Shown here: in pieces, positions 1-12,752 of the stretch
Layout of the letters: each line of letters starts with the position of its first letter
Position numbering within the stretch: position 1 is the first letter of the stretch
Assembly (NCBI GenBank): GCA_051294905.1
Contig: CM119376.1
Coordinates: forward strand, 16,182,001 to 16,246,000
DNA from: Botryllus schlosseri
Lineage: Eukaryota
Length of the DNA: 64,000 nucleotides
Reading direction: 5' to 3'
Made by a program: the position numbers and the translations under genes
The notes under the pieces: model-generated
Told to the model about the DNA's origin: nothing
Databases searched by the model: none
Seen by the model: the letters and a program-made list of their open reading frames with translations, nothing else

Positions 1-3000
1 TGGTCGGCGGCGTGTTTTCCAAAAGCACCTTCGTCGACAAGTATGGCGTTAACGAGATTCCAGGTGCCACGACAAGGGTACAATATTGTCAATAATTATT
101 ATATTACTAATTTTCTATCAACTTCAAAGTACACTACTAGAAAGCATATGCTCAGGTTTGTTATTTATATTTGGCTAGGCTACAACTAAACCAGTCTGCT
201 TCAATAACGACACCATCCCCGAAGCTGCCAGGCAGCGATCTCATTACTAGAAACACCGTATTATCCAACACGACACCTCACCTTGCTACTGGAAGGAGGA
301 GTCTGCGGGCTGGCTTGTTGATTGGCCACGTCCGGAAAAGGTACCGGCTCAACCACATCTACGACATCATCATCTCCACTCTTTGCCAAGGCAGAAGACG
401 GGCAGACGTCACTGCTTTCCAGCTCGGCATCTTGATCAGTGTCGATTTCCAAATCGGGCGGTGCTACAGCTGGCGCGTCTGCGATAGTGGGCGGGTCTTC
501 GACAACAGGAGTCTCGAAATCTGGAGCAGCATTGTCGCGGGAGAGCGATCTCTCCTTTTTGTTGGCGGTTTCTTCGAGCGGCAGATTGTCTTCTGATGTC
601 TGGACTGAATTTTTGTCGTCATTCAGCGAGTCCGAGTCGTCTTCTCTCTTTTCGGTATCGGTGGTTCGCGTCGGATCGACCGGTTCCTTTTTCACATGGA
701 CCGGGTCGGCTGGTTTTCCGTCGACGGGACTCGCAATTACAGGGACGGTGTCGCTGTTAGCACTTGTTTCCTGAAAGTAAGCAGATAAAGTTCGATTGCG
801 TTTCTGGCATGTTGTACGGTACGTCGAAATAGAACTGTGATGGCCGTGAAATGACATTTCCAATACAGGGTCTGATTCGTACACCGCGGACCAACTATCT
901 TACCGTTTGGCAGAGAGGAGAGAAATCGCAATATTTATGTAAGAAAAATGTCGAATCCCAATGGATTTTCATTGTGACAAGAACGATATCGCATTCACAA
1001 AACAAAGACATAATCACACCGATTCCAAAGCCTTGTTGCATGCTACGGTACGAAACCTGTCTAATTTATAAGATTTCAGACACACTACTATCGACGGGCA
1101 CTTGATTTTGTAAATATTTCGACCAAAACATCGGTTATCACAAGGGCAAGTTTTTGCAACTTTTTTTACAACTTCCGGCGGCTTCCTAAATACTCAGATG
1201 TAGTATGGTGTTCTAAGCTGTTTGGAGGAATCTTAGATTGCAACTTTTCTTCATTTTTTCATGCAACTTTTCGCAAGTTTTTTCGATTTTCTAGGCAACC
1301 AACTTTCTACTGGAATTATTTGGCACTATACGTAAATAGATCACCTGATTATTTCACCTCCGTTCAAATTTGAGGTCTTTTCTGATTTGACGTACATTCA
1401 GGCTAGACCGCCGAAAATTATATTTTCACTGGGTCAATTATTTCAGGCAAGAGACTTTGCTGAAGTCGCCAACATCGAGTTTTGCTACAGTGCCTTGGAC
1501 ATGGGACGATTGGAGTATCTCGCACCCTAATAATTTCGAGGTGCTTGTTCATAAATGCAAATTTTTAGTGCAACTTTTGTGAAAAATAAGCGCAACTTTC
1601 CACGGATATGTCTGCAACAGATCTTGCTCTAGTCATCACAACTTCACAATCATAACAACACCTGCAGTACAAGGTTAGCTGCTTATGTACGGCATACCTT
1701 GACGGAGTCGTCTTGCGACGCCAACTTCACCACAGGCCTCGCGGACGAAGATTCTCTTTTAGTAGATTTCGGTCTCCCTCTCGGCCTCGCCTTCTTCTTA
1801 ACTGCGTTTTTCCCCGTATCCACGGCAACCTCGTCTTCAGTGACAGGGACACACCTATTTTCATTGGCCGATGAAACTTCGACCTTCGGCTCCACGACAT
1901 CGCTTTTCGTTTGCCGCGGGTCATCGACCGGCGTCGGAGACCTCGACTTGTTCGGGCCGCTGCCGGGGTCCTTCTTCCGTTTCGACCCGGACAGGCAGAA
2001 AAAACGGGCCGGCGATTTCGACCGCCGGGCCGAGGTGCGGCGCACCTGCGGGGACGACTCGCGGCTGTTTGAATTTTCAGACGCTCCGCTGGACGCGCCG
2101 GAACCGTCGCTGGGGGCGCCGGAACCGTCGTTGGGGCTGGTGCTTCTCGCGTCGACAGGTTGCGAACACTCTTTGACGGAATTTTCTTTTGGCGCAGCGG
2201 CCTCTGTTTTATCTTTGCCGTCTTCAGTCGTGGTTTCTTTCGACTGCGACAAAGCGACGGGCGACTTTGCGTTTGTCGCGACGTAAGGCTTGAAAGCATG
2301 ATTTACTTCGGCAGTGGTCTTTCCGAAATCATCGCCCTGCGTCTTCCTGAACGCGGTGGACATCCGCGGCCTTTTCACGTCGAAACTAGGCAGGTCGTCG
2401 TCGTTTTCGGCCTCAAGCCGGCTGCTGATATCACACGATGATGACGGCGAAGCCCCGTCCTCTTTCCTGCAACCTCTACCGATAATCGGAGTCTTCGGCC
2501 TTTTCGCCGTCGTTTTCACGGTACCCGCGGTCGGGCTGGCATTGCATTTGTCGTCTGCGAAGCCTACGATGAACGAATGCGGAATCCATTCGTCGTGCCG
2601 CGCGTTCCACCCCGCGTAATGCACCAAGTATTCCTTCTGCCCGCCCAGGACCTCGGGCAGCTTTGCTTGCAGGACTTTGGCGTCGTATAGCTTATAAGTG
2701 GGGCCGTGGCCATATTTCACCTTGGAAAACGAGATGGTGTCAAGTATACGGTTTTCGCGTAACACAGAATTGACGTACCTTCAACCTGTCGCCAACGCCG
2801 TACTGGATCGTGACACTGCTTGTGCTGTTGCGTCTCATTTTTTTGGCAACGCCGCCTTCGCTCGGTCCTTTGACGGCCGGCCGCTTCTCACATGTGTCTC
2901 TTTTGCCTGCTTTTTCATCCTTGGAACTTTCATCCGTCTCCGACTCGGGACCAGCGGAGCTACGTTTATTGTCATTCTTTTTCGTTCCTGCAATAAGTTC

Positions 3001-6000
3001 ATAATGAACGCAATGAAAGTACAACAAGAACACAGAGAACGACACCTCTCTGCCAACATTGAGTAAATGCAAAGTAACCAAAGCTACTATTTCTTACAAT
3101 AATAACAATGTAAGTAATTACTGGAACGGGACTCGCATCTGCGCAAAACACAATGCAATAATCCCACGAGAATCATCTACCTTGCCCGCCCAACCTTATT
3201 GCACCATAGCTTTGATCGATTCTTGCCTCCATTCTACATTTAATTAGTCAGTTAAGATAATGAGGTATATTTTCTGACAGGGCAACAGAGTCGCTCATAA
3301 CTTCTTTATAAATGCCAATTCAATATTCCACAACACAGATTAATTTACTAATACATCCTTGCAGATAATGCCCAAGGCGAATGTGTAACCTGGATGATAT
3401 AATATGCTAATTGATCATCTGCCACTACCTGAGGATTAACACAGACCGAAACTGAGTTCATGTGATCTAAAGACTACACAGATGCTCAGAAAGATAATGA
3501 TATTGTTTAGTTAGGGTCCCAGTTACAAAGATAGCAACACAGTCTCACTAAATGATCTTTAAATATTTACAGCAGTGTTGTGATTGTGTTGAGAAATTAG
3601 CATTGAGATCAGTGATGCTTATCCTAGTTTTAAAATAATTAAATTTCGTCCAACATGGTAGGCATTAGGCATATACCCTATAAACGTCAATACTTTTGTA
3701 GGCTAACAAATTGACCGGAATTGTCTGGTCTGTATCATTAAAAAAATGCTATTGAAGCAAATCGACACAAAAGTTTGTTGAAAATATAATGCTGGTACTT
3801 GCCGATTACAATATGTGGCACATGATCAATCCTGGTTTCTAGCAGTCCGATTCATTAGATTAACTGTATCTTCTATATTAGGTATTACAAAAAAATGTGC
3901 CAGCAACCGTCGTTTCTCATTGGCAAGTCACTAGACAAAATTACGATTGATAACTCTATTACAGCCAAATTCATATAATTTGCATTCTACGATCAATGAA
4001 AACATTGATAATAATAATCTTTCCAACAGAACAGATGCCGATTCCTAATGAACACCAATACCATAACATGCACAAACTGCAACTTTTTCACACTAATACG
4101 ACAATCAATTCTACAGATCGTGCGGGTTCAAAGTCATGAGTAAATATAATCTCCTTCGAATAACCAGTCCAAGCAGGACCACAAACTGCGGAAACGTAGC
4201 AGGTGTGCAACGCTTTTGCATGACATTTAGTCGACATAAATCGTCAACATACCGACCACACACTCGACTGCAGATCACTCAACAACTGTAATCTACAGAA
4301 AAATATCCCGAGGGTGGCCGGAGTGCTCATGATCAGCTTGCACTCTAAATACGTTACCTATTGCCTGATTCTACGACACTTGTATGAATTGACAATGAGC
4401 TGTATAGGAGGTAAAGCACCGACTAAATAACCCTACATTTCGGGACAATCATACAGTAAGACATTTTCCTTATATTTCCACGAACCTACCAGTCAAATTT
4501 TAATTAAACATAACCCATTCCTAACCCATCGTAAACAAAACACCGTACCTTTAACGACTTTCTTTTTGTCTGATTTCACGATAGGGTTGGTGACATCGGA
4601 AGCAGACGAAGATTCCGATATTCTACGTCGCGAACGCGGCGTCATCACGAGACTGACCACCGGCGAGCTCCTGCCGGCCCGTGTTTTCCCTTCTGTACCA
4701 GCATCAGGCACTTTTCCTTTAGCTGACTCCTTTCCTTTGTTTGACTCGGTCTGCTGTTTACATCCCACGTCTTTGAGCGACTGCTGTGTTTTCTTTTTCT
4801 CTTTGACGGCGGCGACAGATTTAGCGGGTTGGAGAGGTATGTGCTTCCAGCTGGCACAGTACTCTTCGTACGGGCCCAGGTATTTTTGGAAGGCGGTTTT
4901 CACGTTGTATCCGGCCGCCGGGTTAGGCTTGGGTATACTCAGATCCAAGTAGATCTGCTTCCACTCTTTCACGTCGTGTATTGCGTACGACCCTTGCTTC
5001 TTTTGCACCAGCCTGGAAAATACGCGGTGATCAGACGTCGACTGATACCACGAGATACGTTTAAACGGGACGGTACCTGAATAATAGGTATAAATCCAAG
5101 TCCTTGTTGCCCAAAACAGGCGGTTTGCTGACGGGGGTGCCTCGATCGTCCAAAAACTTGTACAGCTCCTCCAGAAAATCACGATTCTGAAAGAAAAACA
5201 CATTTGCAGATTTCAAACAACATGCAAACCAGACTTGAACATTATTTGATGCGTTGCAATAACAAACACACGCAAATTTGCTGTATTTTTGCAGAATTAG
5301 TGAAGCAATTTAAATTTGTGTGCAATTCCAAAAATTAGTTATGTTTATTACATCATGCTATTCCATACATAAGACTAAATTGTTTCTATTCCGGAACTAA
5401 GTCGTATGCTACCAAAAATGGCAGCAAAATACACACTGTTATTTACCGAATAACAAGAAGTAAAATCTCGAAGGAGATGTGTCGCTGGAATTTTATCGGT
5501 TAAATTTCAACGAAAAAAAAGAAACTTCAGCGCCACAATGTTTACTAGAACCACTGATTTCCTTCTACTACTAGCGATATGCTTCACAAAAAAATATAAT
5601 TCTAGTAAAAGCCCTTACGCTTTTTCCCGCTTCAGCTTTTGCGACAGATGTCAAGGATGCCTCAGCCACATCCTCTGTCTTTTTCGTCACTTTCTTCACC
5701 TCGTCCTCGCCGCTATCGCTGTTTTCGTCGCTGCTTTTATCGTTCATAAAATCGCTGATATCCATTTTCCAGCGATTTGGAACGGTACGAGTGGACTTCC
5801 AACATTCCGCGTCCTCCACAATAGCTATTGAACACGTGTGCCATACAATTATCACTGGTGTATTTGTACTAAGATGTCGGTTTACTGAAGTTGAGAAATA
5901 TATCTGTGACGGTTACACAACCACAAGAGTGTCACATTTACGTATAGAGTTCCGAAATTGTCACAATGAATAAACACGTACTTTTCCAAACAGGATCGAT

Positions 6001-9000
6001 CTTCGCCGGTATGTTGGAAGGCGATATTTCCTTGACACAAGTGCGGAAAGCCTTTGAAAATTTTCCCGTTTTAAACGAGCGCACCACAATCTGGCTGTCT
6101 TGCAGCTTCTGGTGGCTTTCAAAACAAAGCGGGTTCACAACAAGCCCGGGATACCTGAAACAATGAACGAGATGGCGATACAAAACCACAGGCACAGCTG
6201 TTAACATTAGTGAGTGTAGTTTAAAAATAGATTATTGCATTGACATTGATCATTGGAGAAATGACACTATGCTTCTACCAACTATTGCAAATGCTTATAC
6301 AGTTATACCAAGTTTAGTTCGATACGATTCAATCACCAATGTATGTGCTTGATAATTTTGTGAAAAAGGATCTTTGGAAAAGGTTTTATCGAACACAAAA
6401 TACCAAGTTCAGCAATAGACTATTACACAGTTTTTTTCCACAAGCAATGGTATCTCACTATCAATAATGACAATAATCATTCGAATATGGGATCATGACC
6501 TAATCAAAGGTGAAAGATTATATCACAAGTTCAATTCAGATAATTCTTTATCGATAACCAAGAGAAATGCACCGAAACAAAAACCTGACTATTAGCCTAC
6601 AGGTGGATGCAAGTTGCACAATTCAATCAGGAGTTGGTGGTCAAAGTACACAAGCCACCAGACAAACCGCAAGAAACAAGACGTGATTGCTGCAAGTCAT
6701 CAATTAGTCAGATCCTATTATGACAACGACTTACAATTCCATCACAGAATACATTACTCAGAAACACACCAACGTAAGATATTGCTCTGCAAAATTTCAT
6801 CAACAGCAACCTACCAGTGTTTTCTCTTGTCGTGGGGTTCTACAATGACGACTTTTCCCATCAATGGATCCGATAAATATTTCGACCGTCTCTCATTCTC
6901 GTCCTCTTCATCCTCACTACTGGAATCGTATTCCTTCCCGTCCATCCGCTTCTTCTCTTTCGTTTTCAACATATCTTGATCTGGAGTTCTGTGTCCTTCA
7001 CTTTCGTTATCTAAACCACATTACATACACATCAAATGTTTTCAAGCAACACAAACCTTATAGGCTCAAGTTTGCCAGCAAAGCAGTATGGCATTTTCTA
7101 CATGACGTAAGTAGAGCAAGCCATGCCATAGCCTGATCTTGTGAAAATTATTCAGGTGCAAAACTACGATGTTTACATGCATGCTTTAGATTTCCTTTGA
7201 ATACAGTAGCCGAGATATAAAAAAAAAGGAAAGGGCATTGAAGACCCGATGAATGATTGAATATGTACCTCTTAAACAGTAGCCTGCCTTTCAAAACATT
7301 GTTATTTTGATTTACAGAATTCAACAATTCATGACAATTTGTCTCAAAGAAGAGGGTGGCACTATGCACCGTGGTGTTCTTAGACAGTTTGATTGCACGT
7401 CGAAGCCATGGTTACATGTTTAATTATCATATCCTTCCTAAGCACAAAATGAATTGTAGCTCTGAATTAATTGCAAAATCAATATCTGAGAGTTACTGAA
7501 CAATGAACATTCAATAGCGCGCAGCGTGCTTAACATTCGCACATGCTTCTCATAGCCTAGGCCTATTCATAATAAATTCAAACAACGGCAGGATCAATCA
7601 TGCAGTTATGTCACCAAACAATTGATCACACCGTATTCATCATCGAGCGGCCGTCTCCTGCGGCTTTTCTTTTGAGCTAGAACCGGCGTTCCAAAATTTT
7701 CCGGATCAGTCAATGGAAGATTATCCAATGTCTCACTCTTAGCGTAATGGCGATCTCCTAGAAAGCCGCAATAACGTCAGATGCGAACAGTGAAAGGTGA
7801 TGATCGCAGCAGTATTCTACCTTGTAGACAGAGAGAACCACGTGACAGGGTCCGTTCGTCTCCATCATCAAACACGACAGTGTAGGAGCTCCTGTCTTTT
7901 GCACTTTGTAGCATGCATTCCTGCCACGTCGTTTGGTCCGGCAGCAAAGCTTCTACAACACAGCCGATCTGCAAACCAAAAACCAAAATAAGATCGATTG
8001 TTCTCTTCCTTCGCATCCGTAGAAAATACCTTCAAATGTCCTCGAATGCATTCCTCCGTGATATGACAAGACTTGCCAGTTTTTTTACTGATTACCTGGA
8101 ATAAATTGACATTTAGGCTTGTACAATGAAACATATTTAATATGATTTTGGAAGGATCAGCAGGAGTGGCTTGATAGATTGGATCGAGAACGACAAATAT
8201 TAGGCTTTGAGTAAAATCGGGTATTGTATCATCATTGTTATAATGCTGTACAGGAAAACAGCAATTTTGAATCCATTGTAATGGGAATGTGCCTTTCTTT
8301 TCAAAGATAGGCCAGATACAAATAACACTGTGAAGCCGTGGGCTGTAAATTAGCTCTCTAGTTGTAATGCCCATTATCTCATTATGAAGTAATACTGGCG
8401 ATGGTGAGACTTACCAATGAATGCGATATTGGACTAATCACTTGACAATATGTCTAGCCTATACATTATATATTGTACCTTGTAGGTGACATTTTTCTTT
8501 ATCGATTTTATTTGGGCTTCACAAAATGCACCACGATACTTTGCGCTGACTTCGGTTCCGACAGTGAGATGAAATATGCCTGGATCTTCCTGCTGTTTAG
8601 AAAAAAATTAATCGAAACGGTAAGAACTCATATCACAAAATACACGGCATCAATAGAATGGTGTCTATAGTCAGACATTTGAAGGCTACAATATTCAAAA
8701 GTAAATTCCGCCACCTACGGAATGACATACCGTACATCATCTCAAAATCAAATTGGCCAGAACGAAGTAGTCTAGACTTCAGTCACCATTTTGTTTTTTT
8801 AATGTGTTTTCTTTCAACTGAGACATTTCAATGTTTGTATAACAAAAAGATACAAATGAAAAATCAAATAGGCAAATCTGACAACTGGGCGATATAATTA
8901 TCTCCTATTATAATGTCGGAGTAGGTCTTTCTCAACATTTACAATACTATCAGTCAGGCCAATTTGAAAAGTAGTTACTCACCTTCACATTGACAGAAGC

Positions 9001-9003
9001 CAT
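1..9003 (-). CDS. ARID4: ARID4A/B (RBBP1-like) chromatin factor, multi-exon, 3' end outside the window. Coding exons: 9003-8983, 8592-8479, 8095-8030, 7968-7821, 7757-7632, 7010-6815, 6154-5982, 5824-5619, 5186-5077, 5012-4549, 2987-2779, 2720-1698, 770-282, 28-1 (last one tentative)
   Basis: The spliced translation gives the ARID4 domain order: Tudor ([21 protein letters not shown]; [13 protein letters not shown]; [19 protein letters not shown]), RBB1NT-like ([18 protein letters not shown]), ARID ([48 protein letters not shown]), chromo-barrel ([16 protein letters not shown]), then a low-complexity tail. All introns are GT-AG with matching phases; 3345 nt (1115 codons) through position 282. 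The first coding exon (MASVNVK) is less certain than the rest. Confidence 0.95.
1142..1631. mobile_element. hAT-type MITE in an ARID4 intron (same family as 60607-61379)
   Basis: Ends AAGGGCAAG...CTTGCTCTA; 8-bp flanks GTTATCAC/GTCATCAC (7/8); both ends align by eye to 60607-61379. Confidence 0.8.
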
Positions 9004-10165
9004 GATGGTTGAGCATCAAGCTGTTGAGATTTTAATCAGTAATTCTGGCTCTTAAGGCGCACTCAAATCACATTAAAATAAAATAACAACAAATTACACG
9101 CTAATCCATCACGACTGAGAAGATAATGATGAAATGAGTGGATCCATATTAAAAATCACAGTTATCACTAATTGACAACATATAAGGAATGACGCTATTA
9201 GAGCCATTATCAAATTCTCGTCTTTAATAAATGCTTCGACACGATATTCAGCAATATAATATGTTACTATGACATCACATTTTCAAACGACCATGCAGTT
9301 ATAGTATTTTGCTTCAATCAGTCTTGTTAGGTTCTTAGTTAAAGTGTCGAGTCCGAATGAATCACACACAGATAAACCTTAAATGGATATAGAACGAATT
9401 CTTGCTCCACACCAATGGTCTGCGTGCAATTATACTATACCGCGTTTCAATCGGTCTGGACAAGAAGAGCATCGACCAAATTTTTCGTGAAAATATTATC
9501 AAAACTAATAGCAACAGAAGACAAAGAATTGTTTTACATATATTTTCTATTTTTCTGATTGTAAAATCATTGCTGCTTGCCTTTCACAAAGACCGAAACT
9601 CGTATCAAAACTACATGATAACATTCGAAAAACACAAGTTCATAAACAAACTCATCTCGATGCCAATGAAACCAAGATCGACAACAACTTTCCTTGGCTG
9701 TGGAGAAGCTGGGCATCTGATTGGCTGGCGGCACTATGACGTAATCGCAGCTGTAGAAAGCATAAAAGCAGGACCGCGATGATACGCATGAAATACTTTT
9801 GCATTCCGTAGTAAATCGAATGCCTTGCTTCATGCTCCTGAACTGTGTGTTTTTCCTCACTTTCCGCCTAAATTAACAGTTTTTCATTATAATACATGTT
9901 ATAAAGTCGTTCGTATTATTTTTCCATGTTGTTTATTCGCTGTTTATACAGCTCAGTGCCCAAAAGGAAGGTTGAGTGATTACGAAAATGCCGCCGCCAG
10001 GAGTCCTTAGTTTTCATGTTTACCTGGCATAGGCTCAGGCATCGACGTGTTCACCGTTTGCTGGTCTGTAATAGTGCGTTGTTGCAGAACTCTGATCTTG
10101 TGGCGTCCTAGTATCTGCAAATATCACTTATTCTCGTGAGAAACTCATCACTAGCAATAAAAGCC

Positions 10166-10492
10166 ATGGAGAAGGCGTTCAGTAAGGCTCTTACGCGCAA
10201 TTCCAAGTGGGAAGATAAAGACGATCTACTTGATGTCGTATATTGGAGCAGACAAATCCTCGCATTGGCGATTGGACTCGTATGGGGACTCATGTCCATT
10301 AAAGGAATCCTCGGAATCCTGATCTACTGTGCAATCACGGCATTGACCGTGAACTTCTATGTAGTAAATTTTCAAGGACAAGACCTCGACGAATACGGTG
10401 GTTTTTTCGAACTTGCGAAGGAAGGTTTCATGTCGGCATTTGCTAGCTTCTTGGTAATGTGGATTATAGTGTATTCGTCGTACTATTTATGA
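10166..10492 (+). CDS. RAB5IF: RAB5IF/C20orf24 (OPTI, Rab5-interacting family) small membrane protein, 108 aa, single exon
   Basis: KALTRNSKWEDKDDLLDVVYWSRQILALAIGLVWG..YGGFFELAKEGFMSAFASFLVMWIIVYS matches the family pattern. The first ATG (GCCATGG) is at 10166; the ORF track start at 10136 is a GTG. Confidence 0.92.
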   Translation: MEKAFSKALTRNSKWEDKDDLLDVVYWSRQILALAIGLVWGLMSIKGILGILIYCAITALTVNFYVVNFQGQDLDEYGGFFELAKEGFMSAFASFLVMWIIVYSSYYL

Positions 10493-11438
10493 AAAATGTG
10501 AGGGAAGGGTATTGCCTCGTGGGACGTTATAGTGTTCTTCGGTACTCCCAAGTGCAGCAATGCTTGCAGCCTGACCGATATTCTCAATAATTTTCAATGA
10601 TGTGCCATGCAATCACCATGCCCAATCAGCTAATAATACAAAAAAACGCTAATAGTGTAAATTTGTTACATTGTTGCCATGGTTGGAACATTTGAACTTG
10701 TCATAATGTGGGTATTTTTTTGAATCCGTGATATGTGTCGTATATGTAATGTATATATGTAAGTTCGTATATGAATATAGATGTTATAGTTCGATATCTG
10801 ATCTGCTATGAGAAGAATATTGTTGCTTTGGTGCTCTGTAGAAATGGAAATGCTTCATCGATTCTATGCTATGTATAAATCTAGGGCAAAAAGTGTCATT
10901 TATATGAAATTTATGATATTTTGAACGAAATTATCATCCAAGCAATATAATGCATGTATTTGCTGAATTAAGGTATAATGTGCATGTACTATCACTACCA
11001 CCAGCGCAATCTATCTGCTGTCAAAATAGTGATACTTTTCAACATTGCACTTGTGAGTTCTTATGAATTTGCAACAAAGATGTGCACATATTTAGAGAAA
11101 GCTTGTTACTCATAAGTTTGTTTGGTGAGTTACAATACGGCACTAGCAGCAAATGTTGAATAAAGTTGGATTGCATTGTGAAGCCCTTTTCATTAAAAAT
11201 AGTGATAGAATTGAGAGCGTTACACCCCCAATAGTCATAGTGGTAATTCATATTATGTTGTTCTCTAATCTCTATGTTCTTGAAAGCGGTTTACATGAGT
11301 ATCATTCCCAGGATACTAATATATTGAATATTCGTAAATCAATGAATTTGTTAATTTGTCTGGTATTTTACTAGTATTACTGAACAATGAGTCAAGTTTA
11401 GATTGAAATTCCAACGCTCCATTGCTTCTTAATGTGAC

Positions 11439-11954
11439 TAGGGCTGGGCAAAATCGAGTACCTGAGTGATTCGATTCTGAATCACGTAATATGCTTCGAG
11501 TCGAGTCGAGTAATCGAGTATCACTCATTATGACGTCATAACAGAATGTAATACGCCAAAGTTCAAATATGTACCGTTTATGCCACCACAACGAATATAA
11601 TGCCCGTTATCCTTCTCGTAAATGATACTTTGGTATTTTTCTACCATACCGATTTCATTCCACTCGGTGACAATGTTGTGGGATAATCATGAGTTCGAAA
11701 ATGTGCTACGTCCAGTAAGCTTCGTAGCTTTGTAGGATATGTTTCGTATGCTATCATACCGCCAATCCAGGTTTCAAGGCTTCAACAGTGGATGATGGTA
11801 TCGAAACTATAATTCTAGTTGATGAATTAACTTTCAGTGGCGATTGGCGTATAATTTCAGTACTCGAAAAAACCGTCTGTTGCTACTCGACTCGAATCAT
11901 TAAAATTAATACTCGATTCAGATTCGAGTACTCGAATCATTGTGCCCAGCCCTA
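11439..11954 (+). mobile_element. hAT MITE, 516 bp
   Basis: TIR TAGGGCTGGGC...GCCCAGCCCTA; perfect 8-bp TSD AATGTGAC (11431-11438, 11955-11962); subterminal TCGAGT repeats; further copies at 40839-41351 and ~46690-46958. Confidence 0.93.
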
Positions 11955-12155
11955 AATGTGACTTATCAATGTTAATACACTAATATTAATATGTGTAATT
12001 AAAGTACTAGAAATGTCTCAATCTAAACGTGTAATGTTTTACATTATCACAGGTATCCTAACACTTGTCAATGTTGCCAAAAAGTGATTTGCTGAATTGG
12101 CGATACGCGAGTGTGATATTGTTTTCTGTTTTAGCAGCCCATAATATGAACGACA

Positions 12156-12752
12156 ATGTCATCAATTAAAGCTTTAGGACAGTATGTTTTCTATTGCTTG
12201 ACGTCGGCAATACTTGTCAGTCTGCTTCTACGGCCGGTTTCTTCATACGGTGTCCACGAGCAGTTATGGTTGCACGTCATACATCCGGAAGATATTTCTT
12301 ATCACTTCAAGATTCTTCCTGCAAAAGACTTTGGAACTATTCTGAAACCACCGTTACGCAGCGTTCCAATGCTAGCCGCTGATCCATGGGAAGCATGCTC
12401 CAAAAATCTAGACAATGGTGGCCGTTTTCGAGGACGGGTAGTATTGGTGGTTCGTGGCGAATGCTCTTTCCTAACGAAAGCCTTGAATGTGCAAGAGCAC
12501 GGAGCAGTGGCTGTGATTGTTGCCAACAATGATCCCCAGGACATCGACACGTGGATTGATATGTCGGAGGACGGTACAGGACGCGTTAATGAAGTCAAAA
12601 TTGCTGCTTTTTATCTCCTAGGGAAGGACGGGCATAAAATCAAAGAAGCCCTTGATAGAACTACTCATGGTGTGGGATTGATAAATGTACCTTCTAATGT
12701 ATCGGATGTATCTGCAATCACGCAGCCAAAATGGGATTTATGGTACACCTAA
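12156..12752 (+). CDS. PRADC1: Protease-associated domain-containing protein 1 (PAP21), 198 aa, secreted, single exon
   Basis: Hydrophobic signal-like N-terminus; PEDISYHFKILPAKDFG, DPWEAC, VVRGECSFLTKALNVQEHGAVAVIV, LLGKDG and C-terminal QPKWDLW match PRADC1. Confidence 0.93.
   Translation: MSSIKALGQYVFYCLTSAILVSLLLRPVSSYGVHEQLWLHVIHPEDISYHFKILPAKDFGTILKPPLRSVPMLAADPWEACSKNLDNGGRFRGRVVLVVRGECSFLTKALNVQEHGAVAVIVANNDPQDIDTWIDMSEDGTGRVNEVKIAAFYLLGKDGHKIKEALDRTTHGVGLINVPSNVSDVSAITQPKWDLWYT

Noticed and set aside
181-246. Possible extra ARID4 exon after TTTCTAG at 247
   Set aside because: It would need a 35-nt intron and begins with an in-frame TAA.
171-2441. Long overlapping ORFs 171-596, 439-774, 1699-2286, 1727-2299, 1871-2176, 2160-2441 (and 4566-4952)
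   Set aside because: Antisense or off-frame shadows of GC-rich, low-complexity ARID4 exons.
9567-9860. ORF MRKNTQFRSMKQGIRF.. as the ARID4 start
   Set aside because: Splicing MKQG to the 9020 exon gives an immediate stop. The region is more likely 5' UTR/outron or the shared ARID4-RAB5IF promoter.
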